Positions 37,938-47,256 of a stretch of 64,000 nucleotides of DNA are shown here, in pieces. The position numbers were made by a program, and so were the translations under genes. The DNA is from Candidatus Daviesbacteria bacterium. GTDB taxonomy: Bacteria > Patescibacteriota > Microgenomatia > Daviesbacterales > UBA10151. The stretch lies in NCBI GenBank assembly GCA_028687915.1, contig JAQTZF010000001.1, positions 610,634-674,633 of the forward strand. Direction: 5' to 3'. Position 1 is the stretch's first letter, and the number at the start of each line of letters is the position of its first letter. Under the pieces are notes generated by a model. The model worked only from the letters and a program-made list of their open reading frames with translations. It ran no database searches and was not told the origin of the DNA.

Positions 37938-39759
37938 TTTAATATCACACGCTAATAAAAAACCATGCTACTTCATTTCTCCTCATCTGGATGATGTAGT
38001 CTTGTCATGTAGTGGTTTAATAATGAAGTTAACTGATAAGACTAACATAACAGTTGTAAATATTTTTACTCAGGCTCATTCTGGTCCCTATACCTTATCA
38101 GCAAAAAAGTATTTGAAGAGTTCTGGACACAAAAATGATGCTAATAATTTGTATTTGAGCAGACTTCAAGAAGATGAGTCTGCACTAAATTCACTGAACG
38201 TTAAAAAAATTAACCTAGATTTTACTGATGCCTTATTTAGAAAAAAAATAAAGCAAAGTATATGGGGCAAAATTACTCCGGAATTAGAACATATTTATCC
38301 CACATATCGTTGGAATATATTGGGTAATATATCTAAATCAGATCCTACATTGCAGGAAATTAAAGATCATCTAAAAAAAATAATACCTAAAGACTCTTTA
38401 ATATTTGTTCCTCTTAATATAGCTGGACATGTTGATCATTTAATAGTTCGTGAAGCATGTGAGAGTCTGTTCGACAATATAGTATATTACTCGGAATTTC
38501 CCTACAGTTACCGAAATAAGAAATGTATTGAGAAAGAAAATTATCGGAAATGTGAAGTATTAATAAATTATAATCAAAAGAATAAACTTGTTTCGTGTTA
38601 TAAATCACAAGTCTCAGGTCTTTTTTCATCAGGCATTATGCCAAAACATAATGAGTTATATTTTGAAAACCTTGTTCAATTGAATCAGCAAATTTCTATA
38701 AATATTTACTCTAAACTTTCTTCTGAAATAGAATTTGAGTGGAGAGAGATGTGGAAGAAATCACCCTATGCAAATTATGTAAATGCTCCAGAGTGGTTAT
38801 TGTCTCTTATAGAGAACTTTGATATCAAAGATTATAAAATAATTACAGTACGGAAAAAAGGTAAGTTAACTGCGCTAGCTGTTGTAGTGAAAACACAAAA
38901 AATTGGTTTAAAGGTATATACAATGCTTCCTGAAGATTTTTCACTGGGTATTCCGTTTTTAGTTAATCCAGATGATAAAGTCTCGTTTAAAATGTTATCA
39001 GAACAATTATTAGAAGTTGGTAACATTTTTTTTGAAAACATTCCTGAGCAGTTCATTCAAGATTTGAATAGTAATTTGCGAAAGCAAAATATTATTGAAC
39101 AAGCATTTAACTTCCTTCTACCGCTTATTAAAGATAAAAGCAACCAAGTTGTAATTCCTAATAGGAAAAAGCTTATGCATAAAATTCAGAATATTGAGAA
39201 AGAATTTACCTTAAAATCATTTACCGGAGATAAACCAAATATTTTGAATGTTGTTTTAAAAATTGATAATGAGAGTCAAAAGAAAACAAGGGGATATAAT
39301 ACATTTTCTAATAAAAAAATTATAAAATTTTATCAGTCTTTAGCGAAACATTTCAACAATAATTTTTTAATTAATATTTTATATTATAAAAATAGAGCTA
39401 TTGCATATGAAATAGGTTTTATTATTGGTACTACTTATTTTGGTAACCAACTAGCTTTTAGTGATAAATATAAGCAATACGAGCCTGGAAAAGTTTTATT
39501 ATTTAAACTAATTGAAAATTTAGTATCAATGGGTGTTGAAATATTAGATTTTGGTTCAGGAGATAGTTCTGTAAAAAGATCTCTAACAAAAGATTTTATA
39601 ATTTTATATCAAATTATAATTACTAAGAATATTATTATCGAGAAATACTTTATTGTAATTTATTCTCTTAAAAATTATTTTTATAATTTATTATTTCAAA
39701 GTAATTTACTTTATTCAACATATCGCACTTTTGCAAGAATATTTACATATGAACACTAA
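37930..39759 (+). CDS. fusion protein: N-terminal PIG-L/LmbE-family deacetylase + C-terminal FemAB-like GNAT (Acetyltransf_6) domain
   Basis: CYFISPHLDDVVLSCSG (PIG-L zinc-site motif); C-term KYKQYEPGKVLLFKLIENLVSMGVEILDFG similar to next ORF. Confidence 0.55.
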   Translation: MNDLISHANKKPCYFISPHLDDVVLSCSGLIMKLTDKTNITVVNIFTQAHSGPYTLSAKKYLKSSGHKNDANNLYLSRLQEDESALNSLNVKKINLDFTDALFRKKIKQSIWGKITPELEHIYPTYRWNILGNISKSDPTLQEIKDHLKKIIPKDSLIFVPLNIAGHVDHLIVREACESLFDNIVYYSEFPYSYRNKKCIEKENYRKCEVLINYNQKNKLVSCYKSQVSGLFSSGIMPKHNELYFENLVQLNQQISINIYSKLSSEIEFEWREMWKKSPYANYVNAPEWLLSLIENFDIKDYKIITVRKKGKLTALAVVVKTQKIGLKVYTMLPEDFSLGIPFLVNPDDKVSFKMLSEQLLEVGNIFFENIPEQFIQDLNSNLRKQNIIEQAFNFLLPLIKDKSNQVVIPNRKKLMHKIQNIEKEFTLKSFTGDKPNILNVVLKIDNESQKKTRGYNTFSNKKIIKFYQSLAKHFNNNFLINILYYKNRAIAYEIGFIIGTTYFGNQLAFSDKYKQYEPGKVLLFKLIENLVSMGVEILDFGSGDSSVKRSLTKDFIILYQIIITKNIIIEKYFIVIYSLKNYFYNLLFQSNLLYSTYRTFARIFTYEH

Positions 39760-40822
39760 TAAATATAGAACAGATATTATCACAGAGATAGATGATGACC
39801 TAATAAAGCAGTGGAACAACCTATGGGAAGAAGCGGAGAATTCGACTGTTTTTAATTCTTATCAGTGGTTTGAGGCGTGCCTAAATACATATAATATAGG
39901 AAGTTATGAATTATATGTTTGCTATTATGATAAGAGATTGGTAATGGTATTACCTTTATGTTCATTACGATATGCAGGTATAAAAGTATTGGGTACTATT
40001 TGTAATAATTTTCTTGTTGATACTCCTTTTTTGGCAGAAAAATATGATACTAAATTGATAAAATATTTCTTCGGTGAAATAATGAAAAACAATAATCTAT
40101 TTATTCAAAAAATTGATGATAAGGCATCTTGTCTTATACACAAGCTTTTTCCAGATACATTTTTCTCTTTAATTTCAGTAAATCCTTGTGTGCATATTTC
40201 CGGGGATCCTGTAAGCTTAATGTCTAAATCAGCTCTTAGTAAAATTAGATCTGTAATAAAGAAAAATGACTTTCTTTTTAAGCTTAAAGTTTATGATATT
40301 AAAAGTGATTTAAATCAGTGCCTTAAAATGATGTTTGAAATTGAGCAAAAGAGTTCAAAAAAAATTCACTCAAAAGATATTTTTTCAGAAGAGATAAATA
40401 GAGTCTTTTTTAGTAAATTATCTGAATCTTGTCGTGGGTTTATCAGAACATATGTTCTTTATTATAATAACCAGCCAATTGCATATCAGTTTGGATTTTT
40501 GTATAGAAAAACTTATGCTGCTTATCAAATTGCATATCTTAACGAGTATAGAAAGATATTTCCAGGTAAAATTGTTCTTTTTAAATTAATTGATAGCTTA
40601 ACTCACGAGCCAATAGATATGCTTGATTTTGGAGGTGGAATAAGTTCTTTTAAGCAAGAGTTTACTCCGAATTATCGCTTACTTTATAATATGTTTTATT
40701 CAAAAAACATGCTCATCATGTTGTGGTGGAAGTTTGTAAATTTTGCCAGAAGGGTTAATCAAATACTCTTTCCTATTAAACATACTCGTGATCATGACTT
40801 TTTATTTAAAACGCTTTCTTAA
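39731..40822 (+). CDS. FemAB-like/GNAT (Acetyltransf_6) family protein, paralog of upstream C-terminal domain
   Basis: YRKIFPGKIVLFKLIDSLTHEPIDMLDFGGG. Confidence 0.5.
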   Translation: MQEYLHMNTNKYRTDIITEIDDDLIKQWNNLWEEAENSTVFNSYQWFEACLNTYNIGSYELYVCYYDKRLVMVLPLCSLRYAGIKVLGTICNNFLVDTPFLAEKYDTKLIKYFFGEIMKNNNLFIQKIDDKASCLIHKLFPDTFFSLISVNPCVHISGDPVSLMSKSALSKIRSVIKKNDFLFKLKVYDIKSDLNQCLKMMFEIEQKSSKKIHSKDIFSEEINRVFFSKLSESCRGFIRTYVLYYNNQPIAYQFGFLYRKTYAAYQIAYLNEYRKIFPGKIVLFKLIDSLTHEPIDMLDFGGGISSFKQEFTPNYRLLYNMFYSKNMLIMLWWKFVNFARRVNQILFPIKHTRDHDFLFKTLS

Positions 40823-40828
40823 ACTATT

Positions 40829-42388
40829 ATGAAAAAAATATATTTCTTTTACTCATTTATATTATTAATCGCTCTAATTCTTTCTTTAAGAGGTCTTCAG
40901 GGAAATCCAAATGCTTATGACTTAAATCAATCTTCCTGGAAAGAAAACGGTCCATTTGAATTATCTCCTGAAAGAGGGAGGTTCACTTTGCTTTATTCAG
41001 TAATAGAGGATCATTCTTTCTATTTTTCAGACCAATTGGGACAATTTGCCAGGCCTGACGTTGCAGTCTCAAAAGGCAGATATGTTTCTTTGTTTGCGCC
41101 GTTATTATCTTTTATTACAATACCTGGATATATTATTGGAAAATATTTTGGAATAGCCCAAGTTGGTGCATTTGCAATAATTTCCCTCTTTGCTTTTTTC
41201 AACTTTTTATTAATAAGATCAATTTCCATCAGGGTAGGTGCTAATCGGATAGCTGCGCTACTCGGTGCAACTGTTTTTCTTTTTGCTACACCTGCTTTTG
41301 CTTATGCGGTTAATTTATATCAGCATCATATTTCTACATTTCTAATATTAATGAGTATTTACCTGTTGTTGCATTCTAGAAGTGTGTGGTCATTGTTTTT
41401 AGTATTTTTTCTTTGTGCTTTAGCAATTCCTTTGGATTACCCAAACTTATTTTTTCTTTTTCCAATTGGTGTTTATGCTTTAGGCAGAACAATTACAACC
41501 AGGTATCAAGGGAATAATTTTAAAATTAGATTTAATTTTGTTAAATTTATAACTATTTCTGCAATGACTTTACCAATATTATTTTTTCTTTGGTTTAATC
41601 AGGTTTCATACGGTAATGCTTTTCAACTTTCAGGAACACTGCCTTCTGCAAAAAGAGCACCTCTTTCTAAGAATGTTACCTCAAACACTAGTTTAGAGTC
41701 TCAATTTGCGGTGCCAACTCCACCTGTTAATGCTGCAAACAATAAAAGTGCACTTGGGTTTTTTAAAACAAGACAAATGCTGAACGGTTTTTATATCCAA
41801 TTCATTAGCCCTGATAGAGGTATATTGTATTTTTCCCCTGTGATTCTTTTAGGTGTATTGGGTGCTTTTTTAGCATATAAAAGAAAAGTAAAAATGGTAC
41901 CTCTTTTTGTTGCTATTATTGGGGCTAATATTTTGCTTTATTCCATGTGGGGTGATCCCTGGGGCGGTTGGGCTTTTGGTTCCAGATACTTAATTCCATC
42001 CTATGCTATATTATCAATTTTTATTGCGTTGCTTCTTTCTTACTGGCAAAGAAAAATTTGGTTACTTTTGATCTTTATAATTCTCTTTGGATTTTCTGTA
42101 GGTGTGAATACTCTTGGAGCAATTACTTCCAGTGCTAATCCACCAAAGGCAGAAGTTTTAGAATTAGAAAAAGTTTCAGGTTTGGTTCAAAAATATACGT
42201 TCGAAAGAAATTGGGATTTCTTACGAAGCAACAACTCGAAGTCCTTTGTTTTTCAAGTTGCAGCCCGAAAGTATATGTCAGCTGTCCAATATTATGAAAT
42301 TTTAGCTGGATTAATTATTCTTTCTGGTTTATCTCTTACAACTATTCTCTTGATTTCTGGAAGAGTAAAAAGGAAGAACAATAAATGA
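40829..42388 (+). CDS. GT-C fold membrane glycosyltransferase (PMT_2/ArnT-like)
   Basis: >=10 TM helices; first-loop motif SPERGRFTLLYSVIED resembling DEARYA motif of PMT_2 family. Confidence 0.55.
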   Translation: MKKIYFFYSFILLIALILSLRGLQGNPNAYDLNQSSWKENGPFELSPERGRFTLLYSVIEDHSFYFSDQLGQFARPDVAVSKGRYVSLFAPLLSFITIPGYIIGKYFGIAQVGAFAIISLFAFFNFLLIRSISIRVGANRIAALLGATVFLFATPAFAYAVNLYQHHISTFLILMSIYLLLHSRSVWSLFLVFFLCALAIPLDYPNLFFLFPIGVYALGRTITTRYQGNNFKIRFNFVKFITISAMTLPILFFLWFNQVSYGNAFQLSGTLPSAKRAPLSKNVTSNTSLESQFAVPTPPVNAANNKSALGFFKTRQMLNGFYIQFISPDRGILYFSPVILLGVLGAFLAYKRKVKMVPLFVAIIGANILLYSMWGDPWGGWAFGSRYLIPSYAILSIFIALLLSYWQRKIWLLLIFIILFGFSVGVNTLGAITSSANPPKAEVLELEKVSGLVQKYTFERNWDFLRSNNSKSFVFQVAARKYMSAVQYYEILAGLIILSGLSLTTILLISGRVKRKNNK

Positions 42389-43998
42389 ATAATTTAAGAT
42401 TTTCAATAAATTTAAAAAATCTACAAAAGGTTGTATCTTTTTTACAAAACAGAGAGATATATATTTACCTGATTGTTTTATCTGTCGTATCTATTGTTAC
42501 TTTTATTATTTATTATACAAATGGTCTAGGGCTCTCCTATAATGATGCAAGATCTCACTTAGATATTGGTAGAAGAGTGGTGGAAGGTTTAAAACCTGGT
42601 TTAGCCCAACTTGGTTCTGTCTGGTTGCCTTTGCCCCATATATTAATGATTCCAACTGTGTGGAATGATTTTATGTGGCATACAGGTCTATCCGGAGCTT
42701 TGGTATCAATGATTTCATTCGTTATAACCGGACTTTTAATTTATAAATTTCTAAAAGAACTTGGTGTTGGAGCAATAGGTAGATTAATTGGTGTATTAAT
42801 TTTTGTGGCTAACCTTAATATTTTGTATTTACAATCAACAGCCATGACAGAGATGCTTCTTTTGGTAACGATGACAGCAACAGTTTATGAACTTTTATTA
42901 TGGTTTAAAAAAGAAAATATTTTAAACTTACTTAAATCAGCTTTTTTTGCAATGCTTTCTACCATGGTGCGCTATGATGGTTGGTTTTTAGTAATGTTTT
43001 GTATAGCTTTAATTTCAATTGAAGTTTACAGAAAAAAAGGATATAAGATTACTGAAGGAGTTGTAATTTTATTTGCTACTTTGGCGGGATTTGGCATTTT
43101 TCTTTGGTTTTTATGGAACCAATTAATTTTTAAAGATGCTTTATATTTTATGTTTGGGCCTTTCTCTGCTCATACACAACAGGAACAGTTAGAAATTGCT
43201 GGAAATTTGGCTACAAAAGGTAACTTATTATTTTCAATTAAAGTTTATCTTTTTGCTATTGCCTATAATTCTAATACCTTTATTGCTCTTTTAGGTTTAA
43301 TTGGTGCATTAATCTTATGGATGGATAAGAGAATTAAGGTTTCTTTAAAAATTGCTACAACTGCATTGATGGCTCCTTTATTTTTTAATATTCTTTCTCT
43401 TTATCTTGGTCAGTCAGTTTTATTTATTCAGGGTTTATCAGGTAACACCTGGTTTAATGTAAGATATGGAATTACTTTAATGCCATCAATAGCTATATTC
43501 ATAGGTTTCCTAGTAGATCGTTTAAAAACTTTAAGAATTGTTACAATTGGACTTCTTCTTTTTGTAATATTCTTCTCATTTACCAGTTTAGATGCAACTA
43601 CTATTGATGACGCAAAAGTAGGTTCTTCTCAAAAAAATGTATCTGAAGTATCTGGCTGGTTAAACAAAAATGCTAAAGATAAACCAGGATTTGTTCTTAT
43701 CTCAGCTGCTTCACATGATGCTATAATCTTCTCATCTGGCTTACCAATGAGTAAATTTATTCATGAAGGTACTGGTGCATATTGGGAAGAAGCAACAACT
43801 AATCCCGGTCACTGGGCAAGGTGGATTATAATGAGAACCTATGATAATCAGGATATGACTTATAGAGCAGTTAGTAAAACTCCGGATTTGATAAAATATA
43901 ACATGGTTGGTAAATATCCTTTTGCTGATATTTATGAATTAAAAGATGACTATTTGCCCTCCTTAATTACCACACCAATCCTGGGAAAACAAAAATAA
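42385..43998 (+). CDS. GT-C fold membrane glycosyltransferase (PMT_2/ArnT-like), tandem paralog
   Basis: multi-TM N-terminal half with YNDARSHLDIGRRV loop motif, large C-terminal soluble domain. Confidence 0.5.
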   Translation: MNNLRFSINLKNLQKVVSFLQNREIYIYLIVLSVVSIVTFIIYYTNGLGLSYNDARSHLDIGRRVVEGLKPGLAQLGSVWLPLPHILMIPTVWNDFMWHTGLSGALVSMISFVITGLLIYKFLKELGVGAIGRLIGVLIFVANLNILYLQSTAMTEMLLLVTMTATVYELLLWFKKENILNLLKSAFFAMLSTMVRYDGWFLVMFCIALISIEVYRKKGYKITEGVVILFATLAGFGIFLWFLWNQLIFKDALYFMFGPFSAHTQQEQLEIAGNLATKGNLLFSIKVYLFAIAYNSNTFIALLGLIGALILWMDKRIKVSLKIATTALMAPLFFNILSLYLGQSVLFIQGLSGNTWFNVRYGITLMPSIAIFIGFLVDRLKTLRIVTIGLLLFVIFFSFTSLDATTIDDAKVGSSQKNVSEVSGWLNKNAKDKPGFVLISAASHDAIIFSSGLPMSKFIHEGTGAYWEEATTNPGHWARWIIMRTYDNQDMTYRAVSKTPDLIKYNMVGKYPFADIYELKDDYLPSLITTPILGKQK

Positions 43999-44002
43999 AC
44001 TA

Positions 44003-44992
44003 ATGAAGCATATTAATCTGATTTTAATTTTCCTGGTAGTTTTGGGTGTAGCACTAATAATATCAATGTATCCTAAATCCTCAATCACCAAGATTTCAAA
44101 ATCAGAAAAACCTGTGTGGACTATTCGTTCCATTGATACGGTAAAGTATTCCCGTGATTTAGCCAGAGAAAAAAACAGCAGTAATACTTTTGATTTAACT
44201 ATTGAAGAACAGGTGAAAAATATTAAGCAAACAGGTGCAACTCATATAGCAATTGGAACACCTTATGACTTTGAATTTTTACCATTTTTAAAAAGATGGG
44301 TAAATATGGCAAGAAAATATCAAATGAAAGTATGGTTTAGAGGTAATTTTTCCGGGTGGGAAGAGTGGTTTGGTTATCAAAGTATAGACAGAAAAACTCA
44401 TTTGCAAAATACAGAAAAGTTTATTTTGGAAAATCCAGATTTATTTGAGAACGGTGATATTTTTACTTCTTGTCCTGAATGCGAAAATGGAGGGACAGGA
44501 GATCCCAGAAAAACAGGGGACGTTGTTGAATTTAGGTCATTCTTAATAGATGAATATGAAATTAGTAATTCTGCTTTCAAAAAAATAAGCAAACAAGTTA
44601 AAGCGGGATATTTTTCTATGAATTATGATGTGGCTAAGTTAGTAATGGATCCTGTTACTACTAATTCAGTAGGTGGAATTGTAGTGATAGATCATTATGT
44701 AGCTACTCCGGAACAACTATCAGCTGATGCAGAAAAAATAGCATTAAGTAGTGGAGGAAAAGTAGTTTTAGGTGAATTTGGGGCACCAATTCCTGATCTA
44801 AATGGTGATATGACAGAGGATGAGCAGGCTGTTTGGATAGATAAAGCTATGAAGAAATTAAGTGAAACTCCTGAAGTAATAGGAGTTAATTATTGGGTTA
44901 ATGTTGGAGGTTCTGCACAGATTTGGGATAGTGAAGGAAACCCTAAAAAAGCTGTAGAAGTAATTAAAAAGTATTATAACTTAACAAGATAA
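44003..44992 (+). CDS. membrane-anchored hypothetical protein, possibly TIM-barrel glycoside hydrolase-like
   Basis: N-terminal TM; VVLGEFG near C-terminus reminiscent of clan GH-A nucleophile motif; weak. Confidence 0.3.
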   Translation: MKHINLILIFLVVLGVALIISMYPKSSITKISKSEKPVWTIRSIDTVKYSRDLAREKNSSNTFDLTIEEQVKNIKQTGATHIAIGTPYDFEFLPFLKRWVNMARKYQMKVWFRGNFSGWEEWFGYQSIDRKTHLQNTEKFILENPDLFENGDIFTSCPECENGGTGDPRKTGDVVEFRSFLIDEYEISNSAFKKISKQVKAGYFSMNYDVAKLVMDPVTTNSVGGIVVIDHYVATPEQLSADAEKIALSSGGKVVLGEFGAPIPDLNGDMTEDEQAVWIDKAMKKLSETPEVIGVNYWVNVGGSAQIWDSEGNPKKAVEVIKKYYNLTR

Positions 44993-45079
44993 CTCCTAAC
45001 CAATTCTATCTTGCAAATATATCAAACTAGTGCTACTATTCACCCCATAATAATTTATTATCTGCCCAGAGATAATATA

Positions 45080-45655
45080 ATGAAAGCATTCCTTGTAATA
45101 CTACTAACAATATTTAATATAATTTTCAATGTTCACTATGTTTTGGCTGTAGAAGCTCCTAATTTTCCTTCCTGTAACAAACCATCCGGAGTAATAAAAG
45201 TTCAATATAATGAAGGTACTCATGGAATTGCGGGAGATGGTTCAACATACACAGGTAAAGACACTGTTTATGAGTTAGATAGTGATAATTTGCAGCAATG
45301 TTTTTGTTCAACAAGTGGGCAGGGAATTCAAACAAATTGGTGGAGGATTTCTTCTCTGGATGAAAATCAACAAAAAATACTTAGAAATTTAGGGTGGAAA
45401 TATATACCAAATGGGGCTTTATGGGGATTAAAAGACGGTGCATATATGGCACAAAATTCAAACTATACCTGTACCCCAGGTAATTCAGGCGATAATGGTA
45501 CAGGTGGAGGAGAAATTACCCGTGAAGCTGCTTCAGCAGGTCAGGTTTTGGGTTTGGCTTATACAGGAAATAGTATATTTTTATTAATCAGTTTTCTGAC
45601 TGCTGTAATATTTTTATCATTAGGCATTATTTTTCATAAAAAAGCTGGACACTAG
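45080..45655 (+). CDS. secreted surface protein with C-terminal LAXTG-type sorting signal (LAYTG + TM + HKKAGH)
   Basis: signal peptide; C-terminal VLGLAYTGNSIFLLISFLTAVIFLSLGIIFHKKAGH; adjacent to sortase. Confidence 0.5.
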   Translation: MKAFLVILLTIFNIIFNVHYVLAVEAPNFPSCNKPSGVIKVQYNEGTHGIAGDGSTYTGKDTVYELDSDNLQQCFCSTSGQGIQTNWWRISSLDENQQKILRNLGWKYIPNGALWGLKDGAYMAQNSNYTCTPGNSGDNGTGGGEITREAASAGQVLGLAYTGNSIFLLISFLTAVIFLSLGIIFHKKAGH

Positions 45656-45660
45656 TCAGT

Positions 45661-46197
45661 ATGAATAAGTGGTGTAAGATCTCTTTTTTCCTGGGATTAA
45701 TTTTCTTATTTTTAACTGTATTTTTTATTCTCCAAAGATATATTCCTTTAACCTTAGCTAAAGATCTATATAATCAACAAAATAATAATGTTTCTTCAAA
45801 CCCTTTACCTCTTGAAATTATAATTCCAAGTATAAATTTAGATTTGCCAGTAATTCCAGCAAAACTTGTGAAAGGGAAATGGGAATTATCATCTTTTGGA
45901 GTATCTTATTTAATAGATTCAGATTCATCTGATATTTTGAGAAGTAATATTTTTTATGGACACAATTGGCCAAATTTACTGGGGAATATTACTAAGCTTC
46001 AATTGGGTGAGAAGATTATAGTGAAGTTTTCAGATGGTTTTATTAAAGAATATAAAATTAGTGCTTTTGAAACTGTTAATCCTGAGGAGGTTAGTATACT
46101 CTTTAATTCTTCAGATAGTAATGAAATTACACTTTATACATGTACAGGATTTTTGGATGGTAAAAGATTTATTGTTAGGGCAATGGTGTTATACTAA
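45661..46197 (+). CDS. sortase (transpeptidase), His-Cys-Arg triad present
   Basis: N-terminal TM; FYGHNWP (His), ITLYTCTG (TLxTC Cys), RFIVRAMV (Arg). Confidence 0.7.
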   Translation: MNKWCKISFFLGLIFLFLTVFFILQRYIPLTLAKDLYNQQNNNVSSNPLPLEIIIPSINLDLPVIPAKLVKGKWELSSFGVSYLIDSDSSDILRSNIFYGHNWPNLLGNITKLQLGEKIIVKFSDGFIKEYKISAFETVNPEEVSILFNSSDSNEITLYTCTGFLDGKRFIVRAMVLY

Positions 46198-46211
46198 AAA
46201 TACCCACCCTA

Positions 46212-46805
46212 ATGAAACTTATAGTTGCCGTTTTACTAGTAGTTATCATAGCTGCCATTTTATTCTTTTTTTATCCGGTCTTGGTTTCTGAATATAACTT
46301 AATAAAATCAGATAATAATGATTTTAAGTCTCAGATTGAGGCAATGGATAAAAGGGTTCGTAATCTTACTCCAGTTGATGATCAGTTTGGAATTGTTATA
46401 AATAAGATAGCAGCAAATGGTAAGATATTAGATTCCTCTGATTTTAAAACAAGATCCATGGAATTTACCCTGGTTAATGGCTTACTTCATCCCTCTGATT
46501 CAGCATATCCAGGTCAGGTTGGTAATATGGTAATTATTTCCCAGGTTTCTGGAGATTGGTATAAATACACTAGATCTAATCCACAATTTTATTTAGATTA
46601 TAAACTTAAACCTAAAGATATAATTCAGATTTTTTATAAAGGAGAGAAGTTTGATTATGAAGTTTTAGACAGTTATACAGTTACTGAAAAACAAATTAAA
46701 GCTTACACGGGTAAATCAGATCGTAAGCTACTAACTATTGTTTCAGGCTGGCCACCAGGGACAGTAATATTTAATTTAGTTATTCAGGCTAAACTAGTTG
46801 AATAA
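46212..46805 (+). CDS. sortase-like paralog lacking catalytic His/Cys/Arg (pseudo-sortase)
   Basis: collinear with 45661 ORF (GQVGNMVII, FDYEVLDSYTV, KLLTIVSGWPPGT) but H->S/Q, C->V/S, R->N. Confidence 0.4.
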   Translation: MKLIVAVLLVVIIAAILFFFYPVLVSEYNLIKSDNNDFKSQIEAMDKRVRNLTPVDDQFGIVINKIAANGKILDSSDFKTRSMEFTLVNGLLHPSDSAYPGQVGNMVIISQVSGDWYKYTRSNPQFYLDYKLKPKDIIQIFYKGEKFDYEVLDSYTVTEKQIKAYTGKSDRKLLTIVSGWPPGTVIFNLVIQAKLVE

Positions 46806-46869
46806 AGTATTGTTTGTGCTTATCCAGGTATAAAGAGTACAATTGTATTTGTAGTTTAAATTAAAAAAT

Positions 46870-47160
46870 ATGCATAGTTATACTGAGTTTGAAGGTCAAA
46901 TTGTTATAGATGAAAATGGCGCGCCCGAGAATAATAAGAAACCAAGGCTTTTTAAGGTAATAGAAAATTGTGGTTCTCCTTATTCTAAAACCGTTTACAC
47001 AAAAGAGCTTAATCCATTTGTTGGTTTGGATGGAGAAACTCGTTTTAAACTTACTCCAATTTCAGGTCCCAGTATTGTAGAAGCCGTTTTTAAAAGAGCT
47101 CAGGAAATTTATTATCATCCCCATCTTAGTATGTTGTGGGATATCTTTCCTAAGCTCTAA
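46870..47160 (+). CDS. small hypothetical protein
   Basis: 96-aa ORF, no family. Confidence 0.3.
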   Translation: MHSYTEFEGQIVIDENGAPENNKKPRLFKVIENCGSPYSKTVYTKELNPFVGLDGETRFKLTPISGPSIVEAVFKRAQEIYYHPHLSMLWDIFPKL

Positions 47161-47256
47161 TAAGTTCTTCCTGCCCCCTTTTAAAATATCCCTAAAACTG
47201 TTAGAATAGATTGGTTCTTTTCGGGAAAACTTCGTTCTTAAAAAGGAGTAAAAAAT

